Positions 60,743 to 64,000 of a DNA stretch of 64,000 bases are shown here, one piece after another. The notes beneath the pieces were generated by a model. The model saw nothing but the letters and a program-made list of their open reading frames with translations. It did no database searches and was not told where the DNA came from. The position numbers and the translations under genes are program-made. This DNA is from Terriglobia bacterium (GTDB lineage: Bacteria; Acidobacteriota; Terriglobia; Bryobacterales; Bryobacteraceae). Position 1 is the stretch's first letter, and each line of letters starts with the position of its first letter. Where the stretch lies: assembly GCA_963823095.1 (NCBI GenBank), contig CAWGKI010000019.1, positions 181,129 through 245,128 of the forward strand. Reading direction: 5' to 3'.

Positions 60743-60862
60743 TCTCAGTATGGCCCGGAAGCGAACATCCCTGGCTCGCTGCCCATCTAACTGCTCCCGA
60801 CAAAAAGGCGAAACGGTCTTATCGGCCGCCGAACGCTGCGCTGCACGCTTTCTCGCCGAAAT

Positions 60863-61978
60863 TTACGGGATCTGCGGGAAATAGCCTTCGCGCGCCCGTA
60901 CCTTCACGTTTGGCAGGCTCACGCGCACTTCGATCCTGCGGAACTTCTTCGCCACGTCGGTCTCCTCCGGCACGTAGCGCAAGATGTACTGCAATTGGAT
61001 CTCGCCCGCCGTCGCCGCGATTGCGTCCACAATCCCGTTCATGATCGCCGAAGCATACCCGCCGGTGCCGACCGTTAACGCGAAGTTGCCTGCGTCCTGA
61101 GGCTTCGACAGGTATCCGTCCACGTCCTTGTAAATGTTTTCGAGCGGGTAGACCACGCGGCCGCCCGTGGCGTTGGTCAGCCGCCTCAGCCGCTCATCCC
61201 CTTCGGAATAGAAGCCGAACGAGGTCGTGGAAACGCCATAGATGGTCACCAGGTTGCGTTGCGCGATCTCCAGCACTTCGTCGAGCGTCTTCTTGCTCGC
61301 CGTGTCGTGGCCGTCGCCTACGATGACCAGCACGCGCCGAGGCTCGATCGGTTCGCCCTTCACCAGCGTCCTGCTCGTGCAGGCCTGGTAGACCGCGTCG
61401 TACAGTGCCGCGCCGCCGCCGGGCTTCAGCTTCCTCACCCGCTCCAGCAGCTTCTCCGGGTCCGTGGTGGTGTTCACCATCAACTCAGCTTCGGTCGAGT
61501 AGCCGATCAGGTAGCCGCTGAACCGGGGGTCGATCTTCCCGTCCGGGGACAGCGTCGCCAGGATCAGATCCTGAATCGCCTCGCGCAGTTTGTCCCATTG
61601 AATCCGATTTGTGTTGCTCAGGTCGATCAGGTAGCCGATCACCACGGGCTGATTCCGCTCGCGGCTGAAGAAGGCGATCTTCTGCTGCTTGCCGTTGTCG
61701 AACAACTCGAAATCGCGCTGATCGAGATTCGTCACGAACTTGCCCTTATCGTCCGTCACGGTCACTGGGACGATCACCTCGGAAATGCCCGTGCGGAACG
61801 ACTGCGCCGCCTTAGGATCCGCGGGTTGCGCCGACTTGGGGACCGAGGCCGCCGCCTCGGGCGACGGCGCGGGCGAGGCTGGAGGCTGGCCCTGCCGCGC
61901 CATAGCTGGCGTCAGTAACATCCACGCCAGCGCGAACAGGCCTGCCATCGGGATTCTTGAAGCTATGAAATACATCAA
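60863..61978 (-). CDS. secreted VWA domain-containing protein
   Basis: Signal peptide; vWA fold blocks (..VVIGYLIDLSNTNR.. MIDAS-like DxSxS, ..VLVIVGDGHDTAS..). Confidence 0.75.
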   Translation of the reverse strand: MMYFIASRIPMAGLFALAWMLLTPAMARQGQPPASPAPSPEAAASVPKSAQPADPKAAQSFRTGISEVIVPVTVTDDKGKFVTNLDQRDFELFDNGKQQKIAFFSRERNQPVVIGYLIDLSNTNRIQWDKLREAIQDLILATLSPDGKIDPRFSGYLIGYSTEAELMVNTTTDPEKLLERVRKLKPGGGAALYDAVYQACTSRTLVKGEPIEPRRVLVIVGDGHDTASKKTLDEVLEIAQRNLVTIYGVSTTSFGFYSEGDERLRRLTNATGGRVVYPLENIYKDVDGYLSKPQDAGNFALTVGTGGYASAIMNGIVDAIAATAGEIQLQYILRYVPEETDVAKKFRRIEVRVSLPNVKVRAREGYFPQIP

Positions 61979-62293
61979 CTTGGGCTCGCCCTTCGATTAT
62001 AGACGGGGCGCGTGCCCTACTGCGTTCCAGGCATCCGGAGCAAAGCCCGTTTTGAGCCGCTTCGCGGGGCCTTCGCCAAAGCGGAATTCGGTCTCCGGCC
62101 TCGGCGCCCACCGTGCGAGTGCTTGGGCATGGCGCGGTGCGCGAAGAGCCCCCGCCACGCCCGTGATCGCGAATTGTTCCGCGGCGAGACTCCGCCTAAC
62201 GGCAATACCGGTCACTTTGTGGAACATCCCTCGCCTGGCGTCGTCTGGTACCCTGCCACACATGACAGACGACGCAAGCGATCGTCTGTCCTA

Positions 62294-63331
62294 CTAGCGC
62301 TGGACCCGACCGCTGCCGCCGCCCTTGATCAGCGCTTCCACTTCGGCCTTCGTGAAGCGGTTGAAATCGCCGGGGATCGAGTGCTTCAGACACGACGCAG
62401 CCACGGCGAATTCGAGCGCGTCCTTAGGCGAACTCAAGTTCAGCAGGCCGTAGATCAGCCCGCCGCCGAACGCGTCGCCGCCGCCCACGCGGTCCACGAT
62501 GTGCGTTATGTCGTAGTGCGAACTCAGGATGAACTCCTCGCCCGTGTGCAGGCACGCCGACCAGCCGTTGTGCGACGCCGAGAAACTCTCGCGCAGCGTA
62601 ATGGCGATCGCCTTCACATTCGGGTAGGTGGTGAGCACCTTTTCCGCCAGTGCTCTGTACTTCTCCGATTCCAGCTTGCCCGATTCGACGTTGACGCCGG
62701 CCTCGATCCCCAAGGCCTTCTGCACGTCCTCTTCGTTGGCGATGACGTAATCGACGTACTTCGTCACCTCCGACATAACTTCCTTGGAGGTCTTGCCGTA
62801 CTTCCACAGGTTCTTGCGGTAGTTCAGATCCACCGAGACCGTGACGCCCGCCTCGCGCGCGGCATGCACGCTTTCCAGTGTCAGGTCCGCGCAGCTTTGC
62901 GTCAGCGCGGGCGTGATGCCGGTGACGTGGAACCAGGCCGCATCGCTGAAGATCGCCGCCCAATCGAAGTCGCCCGGTTTGGCCAGTGCGATGGAGGAGT
63001 TCGCGCGGTCGTAGGTGACCTTCGACGGACGCTGATTCGCGCCGCTCTCGACGAAGTAGATGCCGAACCGTCCGGCGCCGGGCTTGATGGCCGAAACGTC
63101 GATGCCGAAGCCGCGCATCTGGTACAGGAACGCGTCGGTGATCGGGTTGTTCGCGGGCAACGCGGTCACGTAGCGCGCGGCCTGTCCGTAGTTGGCGAGC
63201 GATACCGCCACATTGGCCTCGCCTCCGCCGAACGTCGCCTGCATCAGCGGCGAGGTGAGAAAGCGTTCGAATCCGGGCGGGGCCAGGCGCAGCATGATCT
63301 CGCCGAACGTAACGACAGGCTTCTGGGACAT
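62294..63331 (-). CDS. kdgK: PfkB-family sugar kinase, 2-dehydro-3-deoxygluconokinase (KdgK)-like
   Basis: ..[27 protein letters not shown].. N-terminal and ..[19 protein letters not shown].. C-terminal motif; start at [11 protein letters not shown]. Confidence 0.8.
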   Translation of the reverse strand: MSQKPVVTFGEIMLRLAPPGFERFLTSPLMQATFGGGEANVAVSLANYGQAARYVTALPANNPITDAFLYQMRGFGIDVSAIKPGAGRFGIYFVESGANQRPSKVTYDRANSSIALAKPGDFDWAAIFSDAAWFHVTGITPALTQSCADLTLESVHAAREAGVTVSVDLNYRKNLWKYGKTSKEVMSEVTKYVDYVIANEEDVQKALGIEAGVNVESGKLESEKYRALAEKVLTTYPNVKAIAITLRESFSASHNGWSACLHTGEEFILSSHYDITHIVDRVGGGDAFGGGLIYGLLNLSSPKDALEFAVAASCLKHSIPGDFNRFTKAEVEALIKGGGSGRVQR

Positions 63332-63344
63332 AAAAGGAATACCT

Positions 63345-64000
63345 CTAATTCGGATTGGAAACTGTGGCGATGGCCTCGATGGCGAACGAGCCGTCCATCG
63401 CGGGCAGCCCCTCAAACACGATGGAGCGGATGCCGGCGGGCTCGCGGGCCGGGTCGAGATACGGCGCCCCCGTGCGGCGGGCTTGCTCGGCAAGCTGCGG
63501 GCTGAGTGGATAAAAACTCAAAAAAATGGCGTTTTTGAGCGTCGAATTGGCGCTTCTTAGCGTTTTTTCGAGCCTCTCGTAGGCGAGCTTCGCATCTTCA
63601 TCCGAATACGAGAAGGCCAATTGCGCTCCGGTGAATACCAGTGGCTGCGCCTTGCCGGCCTGGCCCGCATTCCGCGTTACTACTTCGCACCAGGTCGCTG
63701 ACTGCAAAGCCACGCGTTGCGGCTGGATCCAGGACACGTCTTCCAGGTGAAGATGCCCGCCGGCGCCAACGTTCATGGAACTCGGGGGCAGAATCGGGAC
63801 GGCGATTTCCAGGCTTTGCACCAGCGGGACGTAGCAGGTTCCGCGCAGCAAATCTCCGCCCAGTTGCCTTAGCCTTGTCTGCGCGGCCGCGCTCGATTCC
63901 GCCTCAAACGACGCGAAACTGACGCCGGCCGGATCGACCGTGTGACCCTGTTGCAGCGTAGCTTCCAGTTGCACTTGCGCGCCTTCCAACGGGAGGGCGC
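63345..64000 (-). CDS. RidA/YjgF-like domain protein (partial, 5' end beyond window)
   Basis: C-terminal ..[37 protein letters not shown] resembles RidA C-terminus; ORF open to window edge. Confidence 0.35.
   Translation of the reverse strand, partial: ALPLEGAQVQLEATLQQGHTVDPAGVSFASFEAESSAAAQTRLRQLGGDLLRGTCYVPLVQSLEIAVPILPPSSMNVGAGGHLHLEDVSWIQPQRVALQSATWCEVVTRNAGQAGKAQPLVFTGAQLAFSYSDEDAKLAYERLEKTLRSANSTLKNAIFLSFYPLSPQLAEQARRTGAPYLDPAREPAGIRSIVFEGLPAMDGSFAIEAIATVSNPN

Noticed and set aside
62012-63505. 497-aa plus-strand ORF
   Set aside because: Antisense to the PfkB/KdgK-like kinase gene; Arg-rich

Overview
High-GC (about 63-65%) bacterial chromosome segment. Gene content points to Acidobacteria (Solibacter/Bryobacter-like): giant TonB-dependent receptor with carboxypeptidase-regulatory-like domains, CarbopepD_reg paralogs, many secreted hypotheticals.

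Left part (1-14.6 kb): a sugar-acquisition/modification locus.
- GntR regulator; three paralogous Cys-rich secreted hydrolase-like proteins; TonB receptor behind tandem near-consensus sigma70 promoters.
- IMPase-family phosphatase; DeoR regulator with a palindromic operator.
- SDR epimerase, DegT aminotransferase, GHMP sugar kinase.

Middle (14.9-30.8 kb): a roughly 15.8-kb putative genomic island integrated at an initiator-type tRNA-Met.
- An exact 50-nt direct repeat of the tRNA 3' half plus a homologous flank bounds the island, with arm-type 'ATTGGTGAC' repeats at both ends.
- No integrase gene is detectable inside.
- Cargo: VapBC; a frameshifted IS6-family element; SGNH hydrolase; TonB-C protein; a sensor histidine kinase / REC-PP2C phosphatase / OmpR regulator signalling module.
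- The cargo ends in a tandem triplication of a 2.37-kb unit encoding TPR + TolB-like beta-propeller proteins.

Right part:
- Flotillin, aldo/keto reductase, DUF1080 hydrolase, TAT-secreted sugar-phosphate isomerase, two tandem CarbopepD_reg secreted proteins.
- Pcm, VOC, MFS, ribokinase, YjbQ, IspG, a second VapBC.
- A frameshifted GT39/PMT-like glycosyltransferase with AsnB.
- A LexA-like S24 peptidase carrying a non-HTH N-domain, next to a VWA protein; KdgK-like kinase; a RidA-like partial gene.

Two families of MITE/REP-like palindromic repeats are dispersed in intergenic regions. At least five genes carry single-nucleotide frameshifts, so either the assembly has indel errors or the region is under pseudogenization.
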